A stretch of 64,000 nucleotides of DNA from an uncultured Planctomycetota bacterium (GCA_963719315.1 CAVRBU010000002.1:544001-608000); one strand, 5' to 3'. Counted from the stretch's first letter, positions 21,347 to 31,690 are shown. Translations and numbers: made by a program. The notes: generated by a model not told the origin, from the letters alone.

Positions 21347-22090
21347 TCACGCCACGAGCCGCATGGCGTCGGCCGATAGCTTAACGCCATCCACGAATTC
21401 TTCGAACACGCGCAGATCGAGGGCCGATGCGGTGTCGGCCTCGGGGTGAAACTGCGTACCGATGGCGAACCAATCCGGGTTGCGGCTCTCGATCGCTTCG
21501 ACGATGCCGTCCGGGCAGCGGGCCGTCACTTCGAAATCGCGGGCCACTTCGTCGATCGCCATGTGGTGCATACTGTTGACGCGGAGCTCGCCGTCGCCGT
21601 ACACGCGCTCCATCAACGAATTCGGCGCGATTTCCAACGTGTGCCGGTGGGCCGGGTCGATGGGATCGTGATGCGGGAGAGCCCCCGGGCGATCTTCGGG
21701 AATGTGCAGCAACAGGTTGCCACCCATCGAGACGTTCAAGAGTTGCATGCCGGCCCCGATGCCGAAAACTGGAATCTTGCGCTCCGAGACCATCCGCACT
21801 AGACGGCGATCAAACAGCTCGCGCCGGGGAGCAAGCGGACGGATCGTCGGGTGAAGCATCCAACCATCGCGGCGCGGGTCGAGATCGGCGCCTCCCACGA
21901 GCACCACGCCATTGACGTGGTCGAGCAACTGCTCCAGGTCTTCGTCACTTTCGAGTGGCGGAATGACGAGCGGAATACCACCGACTTTGCTAATCGCATC
22001 GTAATAGCCCGATGCGACGAAGGTGAAACTCGGCTTATCCCCGGCCGAATTTGCGAAATCGGCGTTAACGGCAATGAGCGGCTTAGTCAT
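21347..22090 (-). CDS. Peptidase C26 / PuuD-like glutamine amidotransferase-fold protein lacking the catalytic Cys
   Basis: GGIPLVIP, GGADLDP, VNSMHHMAI, DGIVEAIE, QFHPE; nucleophile elbow reads GIGAG. Confidence 0.85.
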   Translation of the reverse strand: MTKPLIAVNADFANSAGDKPSFTFVASGYYDAISKVGGIPLVIPPLESDEDLEQLLDHVNGVVLVGGADLDPRRDGWMLHPTIRPLAPRRELFDRRLVRMVSERKIPVFGIGAGMQLLNVSMGGNLLLHIPEDRPGALPHHDPIDPAHRHTLEIAPNSLMERVYGDGELRVNSMHHMAIDEVARDFEVTARCPDGIVEAIESRNPDWFAIGTQFHPEADTASALDLRVFEEFVDGVKLSADAMRLVA

Positions 22091-22439
22091 ACATGCACTC
22101 CCTTGTTTGGCGTCGTCCCGACGCGTCCTTGGTGGGTTCTCCCGCGATCAGGGCTGCTTTGACTTAGTTCGCGAGCGATCGTGCGACGACGCCAGAGCGG
22201 GCGGCAGCCGAGATCACGAAACGCCGAACGAAGGCGGCCACACTTACAACCCGGTGGACCGCTCGCCGGATTGAATCCGTTCAGAACTGCCCACCCGATG
22301 CTAGCAAAGATTGGCCACGGGCCTTGATCGCAAGCCGGTCGTCATGCCGGCAGCCGGAATTCCATTAATGGAACCGGCCTGAAGAACTCCTTTTCTCGTT
22401 TGGCCGTGTCACTCGGCGGTGGGAATGCAAGTGGGCGTC

Positions 22440-22468
22440 AGATTAAGAACTGGTTAAGCCAATTTCAA
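22440..22468 (-). promoter_or_regulatory. Sigma70-like promoter for the C26-like gene
   Basis: Minus strand TTGAAA-N17-TAATCT. Confidence 0.55.
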
Positions 22469-22569
22469 GGGTTGTCGCGGATTTTGCGTAGCCCCTGCCA
22501 CTGCTAGCACAACATCGTGTGAATGTACGTTCGATTCAAGTTGTTTCCGGAGCGCGTCCTACACCCCTT

Positions 22570-23340
22570 TCAACCCGGAGCCGCAAACGTGTGCTGCAAT
22601 AGTTCATAACCGAGAAAGAACAGTCCGGCGTCCACCAGCAGGTGACTGGGCCACGTGTCGAAGAGCGAGTCGCTGCGGTTGTACAGCCAGGCCCAAAACA
22701 CGCCGCCAACGGCGACACCGCCAGCGAGCAGCGCGATCAACCAGGTTTCACCTTTGAAAAATACGCTGAGCACGACGATGTGGTGTAGCGTAAACGCGAT
22801 CGCGGAAAGTACGGCCGCGGGCCAAAGAGACATCAAATGCCTCAATTGGCGAAACACGAACCACCGCCAGTAATACTCTTCGAACAACGAGTGAAAGAGC
22901 GAATAGAACCCAGCGAGCGCGAAATACTTGCCGGCGCTCGTCACTCCGAAGGCCGCCACCTTGTGTTGAATCAATTCCGCAGCGGTGGCAAAAATGGCCG
23001 TGCCGCGCAGCACGAATTCAAACATCGTCATGCCTGCCGCCACGACTGCTAGGCTGAAACCGACACCGAGCAACAAACCGCGGACCGTCGGGTGGCCAGT
23101 TCGCAGCGGCTCGCGAAGTGCCAGCAGCGCCCACACCGCCGGGAAGGCAAACTGAATGATTTTGACGACCAGGTAAACGGTTTGCTTTGCACCGGTCGAA
23201 TAGCGGTCGGCGAACACGAAATAGAACCACGTGATGATTGCCGGAAAAACCATGGCGAAAACCACGCCCACCCAGCGCAGCGTGCTGGATGGGGCTAGTG
23301 CGGGCGTGCTGGCGGAGGAATTTCGTAGGTTCGCGTCCAT
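22570..23340 (-). CDS. CPBP (CAAX/Abi) family intramembrane glutamic endopeptidase
   Basis: EEYYWR, FTLHH, SHLLVD motifs; multi-pass membrane protein. Confidence 0.88.
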   Translation of the reverse strand: MDANLRNSSASTPALAPSSTLRWVGVVFAMVFPAIITWFYFVFADRYSTGAKQTVYLVVKIIQFAFPAVWALLALREPLRTGHPTVRGLLLGVGFSLAVVAAGMTMFEFVLRGTAIFATAAELIQHKVAAFGVTSAGKYFALAGFYSLFHSLFEEYYWRWFVFRQLRHLMSLWPAAVLSAIAFTLHHIVVLSVFFKGETWLIALLAGGVAVGGVFWAWLYNRSDSLFDTWPSHLLVDAGLFFLGYELLQHTFAAPG

Positions 23341-23482
23341 GAAAGCAGTGTAGTCGTCTCGCTCCGCGAGAGGAATTGCGTCCCGGCACCGCACGCTGTT
23401 ATGTTCAAGCGTGCATCGAGGACCGGCGATCTGTTGGATCGCGGTTATTCAAGACACACAACTCGCAATTCACATCGCCGCA

Positions 23483-24592
23483 ATGCATTTTCGCCGCGTT
23501 TGCCTCGAATCGTTCGGTTACACACTGCCGGACGAGATTGTCTCGACAACCGAGATCGAGCGTCGGCTCGCGCCGCTGTACGAACGGCTGCGGCTGCCGG
23601 AGGGGCGACTGGAATTGATGACTGGCATTCGCGAGCGGCGTTTTTTTCCGCCGGGCACGCGACCCAGCGAGATCAGCATCGAATCGGGCCGCCGGGCGAT
23701 CGAGGCCAGCGGCATCGACCCGCGATTCTTCGGGGCGCTCATTCACGGCTCGGTCTGTCGCGATTTTTTGGAGCCGGCAACCGCTTGCCGCGTGCATCAC
23801 GGCCTCGACCTGCCGGGCGAGGCCGTGATTTACGATGTCTCGAACGCCTGCCTGGGGCTGCTGAACGGTATGGTACAGATCGCCAGCATGATTGAACTCG
23901 GGCAGATTCGCGCGGGCGTCGTCGTCGGCACCGAATGTGGACGCGAATTGGTCGAAAACACGATCGCGCTGTTGAACGCCGACACGTCGCTTACCCGCAA
24001 CTCGGTTAAAGATTATATCGCCTCGCTGACGATCGGTGCGGCGAGCGCGGCAATCGTCCTGTGCGACGAGGAACTAAGCCAAACCGATAACCGGCTCACG
24101 ACGGCCGTTGTGCATTGCGACACGAGCCAGCACGATCTCTGCCAGAGCCGCGGTTTGGAAACACTCATGAAGACCGATAGCGAAGAACTCTTGCGACGCG
24201 GCATCGCGGCCGGAGCACAAACCTTCGATCGCTTTCTCGCCGCCACCGGCTGGGAGTCCGACGACATCGACCGCACATTCTGCCATCAAGTCGGTGTGGC
24301 TCATCGCAAATTGATGTTCGAATCGCTCGGACTCGATCCGACGATCGATTTTGCGACGCTTGAAACGCTTGGTAATACGGGTGCGGTGGCGCTGCCGATC
24401 ACGATGGCGATGGGCGCCGAACAGGGTCGCCTCAAGAAGGACGATCGCGTAGCGATGCTGGGTATCGGCTCGGGCATCAACTGCCTGATGCTGGCGGTAG
24501 AGTGGCAGAATTCGCCGGTTACTCAAACGGTGCAGAAACGAGAGAACGTCGCGGAGGTAGGGTGGGTCGAGTCTTTGAGGCGCACCACATAG
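23483..24592 (+). CDS. oleA: OleA-type acyl-CoA condensing enzyme (thiolase/KAS III fold)
   Basis: RLELMTGIRERR, FLEPATA (OleA Glu), DVSNACLG (Cys), HQVG, GNTG, LGIGSGINC. Confidence 0.85.
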   Translation: MHFRRVCLESFGYTLPDEIVSTTEIERRLAPLYERLRLPEGRLELMTGIRERRFFPPGTRPSEISIESGRRAIEASGIDPRFFGALIHGSVCRDFLEPATACRVHHGLDLPGEAVIYDVSNACLGLLNGMVQIASMIELGQIRAGVVVGTECGRELVENTIALLNADTSLTRNSVKDYIASLTIGAASAAIVLCDEELSQTDNRLTTAVVHCDTSQHDLCQSRGLETLMKTDSEELLRRGIAAGAQTFDRFLAATGWESDDIDRTFCHQVGVAHRKLMFESLGLDPTIDFATLETLGNTGAVALPITMAMGAEQGRLKKDDRVAMLGIGSGINCLMLAVEWQNSPVTQTVQKRENVAEVGWVESLRRTT

Positions 24593-24635
24593 CCCGTCCC
24601 ACCTTGGTGAGTCTCGCGGATTCGACTCACCCTAC
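24557..24635. repeat. GTAG-type REP doublet overlapping the oleA 3' end
   Basis: GTAGGGTGGGTCGAGTCT ... GATTCGACTCACCCTAC; same family as 48480-48513. Confidence 0.75.
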
Positions 24636-24664
24636 GACCTGAATCTTGCGAATTCAGTTTCGAG

Positions 24665-26323
24665 CTACCACATGGTTATCAATAACACGATGCCGACAAC
24701 GACGACAGCCGCGACACCGATGGCGATCCAAACCAACGAAGAGGGCCCACCCGACGGCGGCGAATAATTCGGCGGAAGCAGCGGATTGAATTGGGCCCGC
24801 TGGGCAACTTTGCGCTTGATTTGTTCCAGCTCTGGATCGGTCAATTCTTCTTCGATCAACGACCTGGCCTTGCTGGAGCCCGACCCCGAACCCGCTTTCG
24901 AGCCTAGCTTTACCACATCGCTCGAAGTCGCCAAATCACTCGTCGAGTCGAGCTGCTTGTCGGAAGCGGTTGGGGATTCCTTCGGAGGCTGGCGATTACC
25001 GACGCCGAGCACATCCTCCTCATCGAGCGGCGCGAGGCCGATTTCCTCCTCGGGACCGGTGGGTCCGCTACTCTTTTCGTCCAGCTTCTTCGTATCGCGG
25101 TCGGAAACCGAGATGGTTCGACTGCTGCCCGAAGCGGCCTTGCCGGAGGAAGGCGTTGCCGTTCCCAGCGAGAAACGGGTAAACACGCCGCTGCCCACGC
25201 CGCTGCCGCGGTCTGGGTCGTGGGTTTCGATCGTGCCCCCGCCCGGTGTTCGTCCGCGGTCGGCCAGCCACGATTTGAGCTGGTTGGCCACTTCACCCGC
25301 CGTTTGAAATCGATCGGCCGGCTTCTTGGACATCATGATTTCGCAGATCTCGACCAGCGACGCTGGCGCATCGGGCCGGGTCTTGAAAATCGAGTCGGGG
25401 CGCGCGGTTTGATGTTTGAGCAGACGTTCGGAAATCGAACCGTCCGGAAATGGCGGGCTGCCCGTAAGCAAGAAGTAAAGCGTGCAGCCGAGGCTGTAGA
25501 TATCCGATCGACTATCGGCCTCGTGGCTGTTGAGGGCCTGTTCAGGGGCCAGGTAATCAGCCGTGCCTAGCACGTTTTCTTCGTTGGCCATCGTGAGCGA
25601 GGCCTGATCGTCTTCCGTCAACTTTGCCAGCCCCAGGTCAAGCAGTTTTACAGTGCTGTGGCGATCCACGAGGCAGTTGGCCGGCTTGATATCGCGATGC
25701 ACGAGCCCCATCTGGTGGGCGTGCTGCAGGCCCATTGCCACTTGGGCGATGTAATCGGCGGCAGTGTCGTAATCGAGCGCACCCTGCCCAACTATGATCT
25801 GGTGCAGGTCCTGACCGTCGACGTACTCCATCACGATGTAGTGCACGTCGCCTTCGTTGTCGATGTCGTACGCGCGGACGATATTCGGGTCATCCAACTT
25901 GGCGACGGCGCGGGCCTCCAAGCGGAACCGCTCCAAGTAGGACGAGTCGCCAACGCGATTTCGCGGCAGCACCTTGACCGCCACACGACGCTTCATGAGC
26001 TCGTGCTCGGCCAGGTACACGCTACTCATGCCACCTTTGCCGATCTGGCCCAGTAGCTTGTATTTGCCGAGCCGGAAACCGCGGTGCTTGCCGGCCAGGA
26101 GCTTGTCGGCCTGCCAGCGCGTGATGAGGTTCGCCTCGATCAGCAAATCGGCCAGGCGGCTTTGGTCGTCGAGTACCGCCTCGCCGTGCGTGCGCGTAGC
26201 GCTCTCAAGAAACGCCGTGAGCTTGGCCTCTTCCACGAGGTTGCTGCGGCGCAACAGGTCGACCAGCTTGTTGGTGGTCACCTTAGTCATTTTGCCCGAA
26301 AAGTCCACAGGAGCAGTGGTCAT
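24665..26323 (-). CDS. Hanks-type Ser/Thr protein kinase with C-terminal TM anchor
   Basis: GKGGMSSVY, VAVK, HRDIKPAN, DLGLA, GTADYLAPE, DIYSLG. Confidence 0.95.
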   Translation of the reverse strand: MTTAPVDFSGKMTKVTTNKLVDLLRRSNLVEEAKLTAFLESATRTHGEAVLDDQSRLADLLIEANLITRWQADKLLAGKHRGFRLGKYKLLGQIGKGGMSSVYLAEHELMKRRVAVKVLPRNRVGDSSYLERFRLEARAVAKLDDPNIVRAYDIDNEGDVHYIVMEYVDGQDLHQIIVGQGALDYDTAADYIAQVAMGLQHAHQMGLVHRDIKPANCLVDRHSTVKLLDLGLAKLTEDDQASLTMANEENVLGTADYLAPEQALNSHEADSRSDIYSLGCTLYFLLTGSPPFPDGSISERLLKHQTARPDSIFKTRPDAPASLVEICEIMMSKKPADRFQTAGEVANQLKSWLADRGRTPGGGTIETHDPDRGSGVGSGVFTRFSLGTATPSSGKAASGSSRTISVSDRDTKKLDEKSSGPTGPEEEIGLAPLDEEDVLGVGNRQPPKESPTASDKQLDSTSDLATSSDVVKLGSKAGSGSGSSKARSLIEEELTDPELEQIKRKVAQRAQFNPLLPPNYSPPSGGPSSLVWIAIGVAAVVVVGIVLLITMW

Positions 26324-26602
26324 ACGGCTGCATCGTCGCCGCCGTCACACGGCCCTGCTCCACACCGCACTTTTCCGTCAAAGTGCGACGAGAGGAGTGG
26401 TTGCCTATTATTGCCTGTTCCGCCTGGATCCATCCAATCAATCTCATCCACGAACGTGGCCCAACGAATGAACTTATGTTTCCCTAGTATGCCTCGCTGG
26501 CGGCATGAGTTGGCGCTCGACGCCTTATTTACAGAATACCACGCCCGAAAGCATCCGCCTAGCAGTTTTGGTTGAAAAATGGAGGTGTTGAAGCGGCCGA
26601 CT

Positions 26603-27412
26603 TCAGCGGTCTCCCAAAGCTGAACCTATGAGCGTCGAGTCGAAGTAATTCGTGCTCATTCCGGCGTCCACGACGATCCGTTGGGCGTTGATGCCGCTCG
26701 ACCGGGGACTGAGCAAAAACGCCGCCACATTGGCCGCTTCCGCCGTTTGGACCGCTTTTTTCCGGAGCGTGGCCTGCTCGGCGTACAGGTACGATTCGAC
26801 GTACCCGGGGATGCCGGCCGAGGCCGAGGTTTTCAGCAGCCCGGGGGCCACGGCGTTGAACCGAACCTGGGAAAATCGGCTAAAAGACTTGGCCAGGAAC
26901 GCGAGCGACGAATCGAGAGCGGCCTTGATGGGGGCCATGTAGCCGTAGTTTTCGCTGGCCATCCTCGTGGTGGAAATGGAAATCGTGACCACGGAGGCGT
27001 CTTTTGCCAGCAGGTTTTTTAGTGCGTTGGACACGGCCACCAGCGAGAAGCAGGAGATGTCGAGAGCCCGCAGAAATTCGTGCTTACCCGTCTCGTGGAA
27101 CGGCCGCGGCTCGCCCGCGTAATCGGCGAAAGCGATCGAGTGGAGAAACCCGTCGAGCCGGTCGTAACGCTCGCACAATCCGCGAGCCAGTAGGTCAATC
27201 TGATCCTCGAATTCGACATCGCACACAAAGACGGCGGCATTGCCCACGAGCTGTTGCACCTGCTCGCGACGTGCCTCATTCCGCACCGCATAGACCACTT
27301 CTGCCCCCGCCTCGACAAGCACCCGGCTTACGTGCCAGGCGACGCTCTTCTTATTGGCGACTCCCATTACGAGGATGCGTTTACCATCGAGTTGGAGAAA
27401 ATCGGAGGGCAT
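26603..27412 (-). CDS. fabI: Enoyl-ACP reductase (FabI-type SDR)
   Basis: [32 protein letters not shown]. Confidence 0.88.
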   Translation of the reverse strand: MPSDFLQLDGKRILVMGVANKKSVAWHVSRVLVEAGAEVVYAVRNEARREQVQQLVGNAAVFVCDVEFEDQIDLLARGLCERYDRLDGFLHSIAFADYAGEPRPFHETGKHEFLRALDISCFSLVAVSNALKNLLAKDASVVTISISTTRMASENYGYMAPIKAALDSSLAFLAKSFSRFSQVRFNAVAPGLLKTSASAGIPGYVESYLYAEQATLRKKAVQTAEAANVAAFLLSPRSSGINAQRIVVDAGMSTNYFDSTLIGSALGDR

Positions 27413-27430
27413 GACGATTCCAAAAAACCG

Positions 27431-27590
27431 GAATTACCACGGAGACACGGAGAGCACGGAGTAGAAGAAATTGGTCATTGTAAATTTGTAATTTGTTTTT
27501 TTTCTAAAATCGCCAATTCCCAATGACAAATAGCCGTATGACGAATCTACCTTCTCTTCTCCGTGCTCTCCGTGTCTCCGTGGTGAATTC
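27431..27590. repeat. Nested periodic inverted-repeat element
   Basis: Outer arms ACCACGGAGACACGGAGAGCACGGAG / CTCCGTGCTCTCCGTGTCTCCGTGGT; inner arms ATTGGTCATTG / CAATGACAAAT. Confidence 0.8.
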
Positions 27591-27594
27591 TCTT

Positions 27595-28026
27595 CTATTT
27601 ATTGCGTGGCGCCATTTTGCAGGCGAAATCGAACGTGACGGCCGTTTTGTCGCCGACGAGTACCTTGGCATTCAGGAAAAACGCCCCGGCCAATTGTTCC
27701 GTCAACTCCACATCGAGCGTCACCGTGTCGCCGGGGAGGACCATCGCCTTGAATTTCACGTGGTTCATCCGCGAGACCACCGGCACACGGTCGGGGTTGT
27801 CCGCCACGACTTTCGCCAAGAGTACGGCCCCGGCCTGCATGGCCGCCTCGCACAGCAGCACGCCCGGCGTAAGCGGAAATTCGGGGTAATGGCCTGCGTA
27901 CCAAAATTCTTGACCGGTAAACTCCTTGCGGCAAACGATGTGATTCTCCGTCTGCTCGACGATTTCATCGAGGAGCAGAAACGGCTCGCGGTGCGGGATC
28001 GCGGATTTGATGGCTTCTAGGGTCAT
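27595..28026 (-). CDS. fabZ: 3-hydroxyacyl-ACP dehydratase, FabZ/FabA family
   Basis: IPHREPFLLLD, GHYP..PGVLLCEAAMQ, KFKAMVLPGD. Confidence 0.88.
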   Translation of the reverse strand: MTLEAIKSAIPHREPFLLLDEIVEQTENHIVCRKEFTGQEFWYAGHYPEFPLTPGVLLCEAAMQAGAVLLAKVVADNPDRVPVVSRMNHVKFKAMVLPGDTVTLDVELTEQLAGAFFLNAKVLVGDKTAVTFDFACKMAPRNK

Positions 28027-28036
28027 ACGGAATTTG

Positions 28037-28404
28037 TCCGCAGATGTCGCAGCTGAACGCAGATTTGATTGTTAACGCCTACGATCAAGATGGACACGCC
28101 CACTTCCACGCAAATGGAACCGATTCAATATCAAAAACCTCAGAATAGGTCCATTGTGCTGAACCACAACAAGGGCACACAACCCCTTGCTCAAGCAACT
28201 GCGTTCGCGACAAGTCACTTGGATCGAAATACGCCGTCATTATCTCTTGATCTTCAATAAAACATGATTTGCAACAATCCGTTTGCTGAAGATGGTAATC
28301 GGATTCCCCAAGCGAGTATTTGAGGTGCTTCTGGAATTTGGGCGGATCCACAATGCTTATCACATTGAAACCCTTGATCTGCGAATATCTGCGTAATCTG
28401 CGGA
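28037..28404. mobile_element. Cargo cassette bounded by periodic CGCAGAT / ATCTGCG inverted arms
   Basis: Left TCCGCAGATGTCGCAGCTGAACGCAGATTT, right ATCTGCGAATATCTGCGTAATCTGCGGA, enclosing a lower-GC ORF. Confidence 0.55.
28085..28363 (-). CDS. Small Cys-rich hypothetical protein (possible Zn ribbon)
   Basis: 92 aa, CCKSC and CPCC motifs, AT-richer than flanks, co-oriented with the operon. Confidence 0.55.
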   Translation of the reverse strand: MISIVDPPKFQKHLKYSLGESDYHLQQTDCCKSCFIEDQEIMTAYFDPSDLSRTQLLEQGVVCPCCGSAQWTYSEVFDIESVPFAWKWACPS

Positions 28405-28438
28405 CTAATCTTCATTCACGTGACCAGCGGTCGCGGCT

Positions 28439-29887
28439 TTATGGTGCAGTTGTAAGCGCGGGAGTGGCGGAGGCGTTCATCAATTGGCTATCGACCTCGT
28501 TGGCGACGATTACGCCGTAGTTCATGGCGCCGAGCCAACCGGACATGATAATTCCCACGCTGCCGGCGTGGTACAGGCCGGTGATTTGTTGCGGTAACGC
28601 TCGGCTGACGGCGAGGCCTTCGAATTTCGTGCCGAAGCTCGCGCCGTTCACGTGCTGCGTGTAGTGCTGGAACGTGACGGGCGTCGAGGCTTCGACGTGA
28701 TCAATTCGGTTGCGGACGTTCGGCACATATTTGTCGAGGGCATCAAGCGTGGTTTCGATGAGGTCGCGTTTGCTGGCTTCGTACTCTTCCTGATTGAGCT
28801 TCGCCCAGTCATCGTAGTTGGCATTTGTGCTGGAGACAATCAGGCACCGCGGGCGGCCTTCAGGGCGTGTCCGAGGGTAGTAGAATGAGAACGTGCGGCT
28901 TGTGATATCGCGGCTTAGCAGCAATTCCGTGCGGAACAGCGGCGCGGTCGAGCTGAAGAGCAAGTCGCCGGTCGATTCGTCGATCTGTTCCTCGGGCTTG
29001 AGCGCCATGTAAACTTGCGTGCTGGAATTGTTGAGGCGGACGGCGCGAGCTTCACCTACGAACGACTGATCGAAGTATTGCTCGCCGACGAGGTTGAAAA
29101 TCGTCGCGTTCAAATTTGCATTCGAGAGCACGGCCCGGGCGCGAATCGTGCGGCCATTGACTTCGACGCCGCGCACCCGCCCGCCGCGGCAAACGATCCG
29201 CGTAACGTCGGCTTTGATACAAATATCGACGCCGCTTTTGCGCAGTTCGCGTTCCATCAGGCCGATGAGCTTGTCCGTGCCGCCTTCGAACGTGAACACT
29301 CCCTTCGACATGAAGTTTGAGAACACGATGCCGTAGCTGATCGCCGGGTCTTCGAGCGTGCTGCCGTTGGCGTAGGTGATCGGCTCCATGAGGAGGCGGA
29401 TAACGTCCTCCCGGCCCGGGAAGAATTTTTGGAACAGCTCGCCCGTCGTCATCGATTGGTCGTCGTAGAAATTCATGCCGCGGGCGGCGTCGAAAAAGGC
29501 GGTCGCGGCGGCCGGATCAACTTTGAAATCGTTCGTGAGCAACCGGATGAAATCGTCGCGGTTGAACGACGTGGTGAGCGAGAACATCGGGTTGTCGAAC
29601 CGGATGTGCTTAAGTTGCACGATCGAATTGGCGATTTCCTGCGACCAATAGCGGCGGCAGCTTTTCACCATGCCGTACGGAAAACCGTGCAGCGAGATAT
29701 CGAAGATGTGGCCGCCGGGGCGCTTGAACCAGGTGGCCATGCCACCCAGCTTGTAGTGCTGCTCCAACAACAACACGCTCCGCCCGGCCCGCGCGAGGAC
29801 GTTGGCCGCGGTCAGGCCGGCCAGACCGCTACCGATGACGACAACGTCGTATTCATCGCGGGCGTTTTCGAGGAAATCGCGGGGCAT
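28439..29887 (-). CDS. Phytoene-desaturase-family (CrtI-like) FAD oxidoreductase 2
   Basis: [21 protein letters not shown] dinucleotide-binding motif, [16 protein letters not shown]. Confidence 0.88.
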   Translation of the reverse strand: MPRDFLENARDEYDVVVIGSGLAGLTAANVLARAGRSVLLLEQHYKLGGMATWFKRPGGHIFDISLHGFPYGMVKSCRRYWSQEIANSIVQLKHIRFDNPMFSLTTSFNRDDFIRLLTNDFKVDPAAATAFFDAARGMNFYDDQSMTTGELFQKFFPGREDVIRLLMEPITYANGSTLEDPAISYGIVFSNFMSKGVFTFEGGTDKLIGLMERELRKSGVDICIKADVTRIVCRGGRVRGVEVNGRTIRARAVLSNANLNATIFNLVGEQYFDQSFVGEARAVRLNNSSTQVYMALKPEEQIDESTGDLLFSSTAPLFRTELLLSRDITSRTFSFYYPRTRPEGRPRCLIVSSTNANYDDWAKLNQEEYEASKRDLIETTLDALDKYVPNVRNRIDHVEASTPVTFQHYTQHVNGASFGTKFEGLAVSRALPQQITGLYHAGSVGIIMSGWLGAMNYGVIVANEVDSQLMNASATPALTTAP

Positions 29888-29945
29888 GCGGCGGAGGATA
29901 CGGGATGCAAAGACAGGGGCACTGGATGTCAGCGGACCAATTATT

Positions 29946-30560
29946 CTACTGCTGTTCGAGCCAGATGATAAAGCCTGGCGAAGGCGTTTCCGTCGCGAGT
30001 ATTGGGCCATTCCCAGGCGGTGCAAATCTTGTTCGCACGAGTGTGAGCTTTCCGCTTTTGTTCATTACCTCTGTTTCTGAGAATACGCGCTGAGATTCAA
30101 ACACCCCCGTTCCGAAGAGATCTTCATCGTTGAATGCAAGGGTAATCATTGAACTCGACTGTGGCGACTCAATCTCAGCCACCCACGAACCTCGTGATTC
30201 GTACTTTCTGGCGGTAAACTTTAGCAGGTGCTCGCCAGCGCTTAGTTTGTATACAAATTTACCTTCGGGATACCCAGTTCGGGTGATGTCGCCGCACTTT
30301 GCTCTTAAGACAGCCGTTGTGCCTGTGGGCACGTAAATTCGCCACTTCAAGACTCCTTCGGCGTCGCTTGGCACGGCGATCGCGTGAATCCTGGAAGGGT
30401 CATCTATTTTTAGAACGCCGACTTGTTCGCGCAGTTGGGAGACTTCGGTGCGGAGGGGGCCAACCTCGCGCCAGAGTTGGGCGATGACGATCGCCATGCC
30501 GACGATCGTCATCAGTATGAGCGCGGTCAGCAGTGAGATTCTGGGGCGGAAGCGGCGCAT
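29946..30560 (-). CDS. N-terminally anchored hypothetical protein (paralogue A)
   Basis: [26 protein letters not shown], short coiled coil, [15 protein letters not shown], ends GFIIWLEQQ. Confidence 0.7.
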   Translation of the reverse strand: MRRFRPRISLLTALILMTIVGMAIVIAQLWREVGPLRTEVSQLREQVGVLKIDDPSRIHAIAVPSDAEGVLKWRIYVPTGTTAVLRAKCGDITRTGYPEGKFVYKLSAGEHLLKFTARKYESRGSWVAEIESPQSSSMITLAFNDEDLFGTGVFESQRVFSETEVMNKSGKLTLVRTRFAPPGNGPILATETPSPGFIIWLEQQ

Positions 30561-30565
30561 GGAAG

Positions 30566-30817
30566 CTAAATGGTTGATGAAAATGGTGAGTTTAGAACGC
30601 GTTCCTGAATGCAAAGACACACCGCTGGGCAAGCCAGCAGTGGCACCCGGCGTTTGAACCAGGTGGCCATGCCGCCGAGTTTGTAGTGCTGCTCCAGGAG
30701 CAGCACGCTCCGCCCGGCCCGCGCAAGGACGTTGGCCGCGGTGAGGCCGGCCAGGCCGCTGCCGATGACGACAACGTCGTATTCATCGCGGGCGTTTTTG
30801 AGGAAATCGCGGGGCAT
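30566..30817 (-). pseudogene. Truncated 5' duplicate of the CrtI-like oxidoreductase 2
   Basis: First 56 aa match 29887.. except one residue (MPRDFL(K/E)NARDEYD...MATWFKR), then homology stops at a REP half-site (about 30622-30648). Confidence 0.85.
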
Positions 30818-30931
30818 GCGGTGGAGGATACGGGATGAAGGATGCCGGGAACAGGAAAGCTGGGTTCCGGCGGAACGAGTATTCTACTGGCGTTCGAGCC
30901 AGATGATAAAGCCTGTTGTTGTACGTTGGGA

Positions 30932-31569
30932 TCAGCGCACTTCTTCTTCGATCCACACAAGAATTGTACCGCCGTTGACGCCGTCGGTTCGCGAATCATT
31001 CGCGGCTTGAACGCACAATAACACAATTGGGTCGCCGCGTTCATACACAGTCTAAGTGGAAAATCCCACCTTGCTTATGGGAAAGCGGCGATTGGGATCG
31101 TCCAGCCAATCGCTATATGCTTTCGGAATTCGCTCTTTGCGACCTTTGCCATTTTGCAAATACCATCCTTCGCTGTCTCTTGCGAGTTTTATTTGAAGCG
31201 TCAATTCACCGTCCGCTATCCCGCCCTTGGAGCCGCGCGTACGTGGTGCCGAGATCCATTTTTTGAGATCGTCACCGGCAAAAGCTGGTTGCTTACCGAC
31301 GTACGTGCGAATAGCCCAATTGTTACTTTGACCGGGTCTTTCTGGTAAGAATAATCGCCAGCGCCAAACGCCGTCTTGGTCCCAATCAACGCCGATCGCA
31401 TGGGCCTTATTTGCGTCTGTGACAAATAATTGGCCCATTTCCGCGCCCGAGCGGCCAGTTCGGTGCGTAGTGGTGCTACCTCGTGCCACAACCGCACGAT
31501 AGTGATCGCCATGCCGACGATCGTCAGCAGCAGCAGCGCAGAGAGGAGCGAGAATCTTGGGCGGAGCAT
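30932..31569 (-). pseudogene. N-terminally anchored hypothetical protein (paralogue B), frameshift near 31445 and in-frame TAG at 31052-31054
   Basis: MLRPRFSLLSALLLLTIVGMAITI; HAIGV..GVWRWRLFLP in the next frame; reads past the TAG to GGTILVWIEEEVR*. Confidence 0.65.
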
Positions 31570-31690
31570 GTCCGATTATTGATCGGTTGGTAGACGACGC
31601 ACAAGGCAAATGTTCTCACGCGCCGGCGCAGATGGACGCAGAGACGCGCTAATTACGCTTTTGGAACACTCTAGGGCCGATAGGTGAGCG

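Noticed and set aside
29724..30914. Diversity-generating retroelement TR/VR pair
   Set aside because: Differences between the copies are mostly synonymous and not adenine-specific, and no reverse transcriptase is in the window.
31052..31054. Stop-codon readthrough (pyrrolysine or recoding) in paralogue B
   Set aside because: The same gene also has a frameshift, TAG ends many normal genes here, and no pyl genes are visible; decay or error is simpler.
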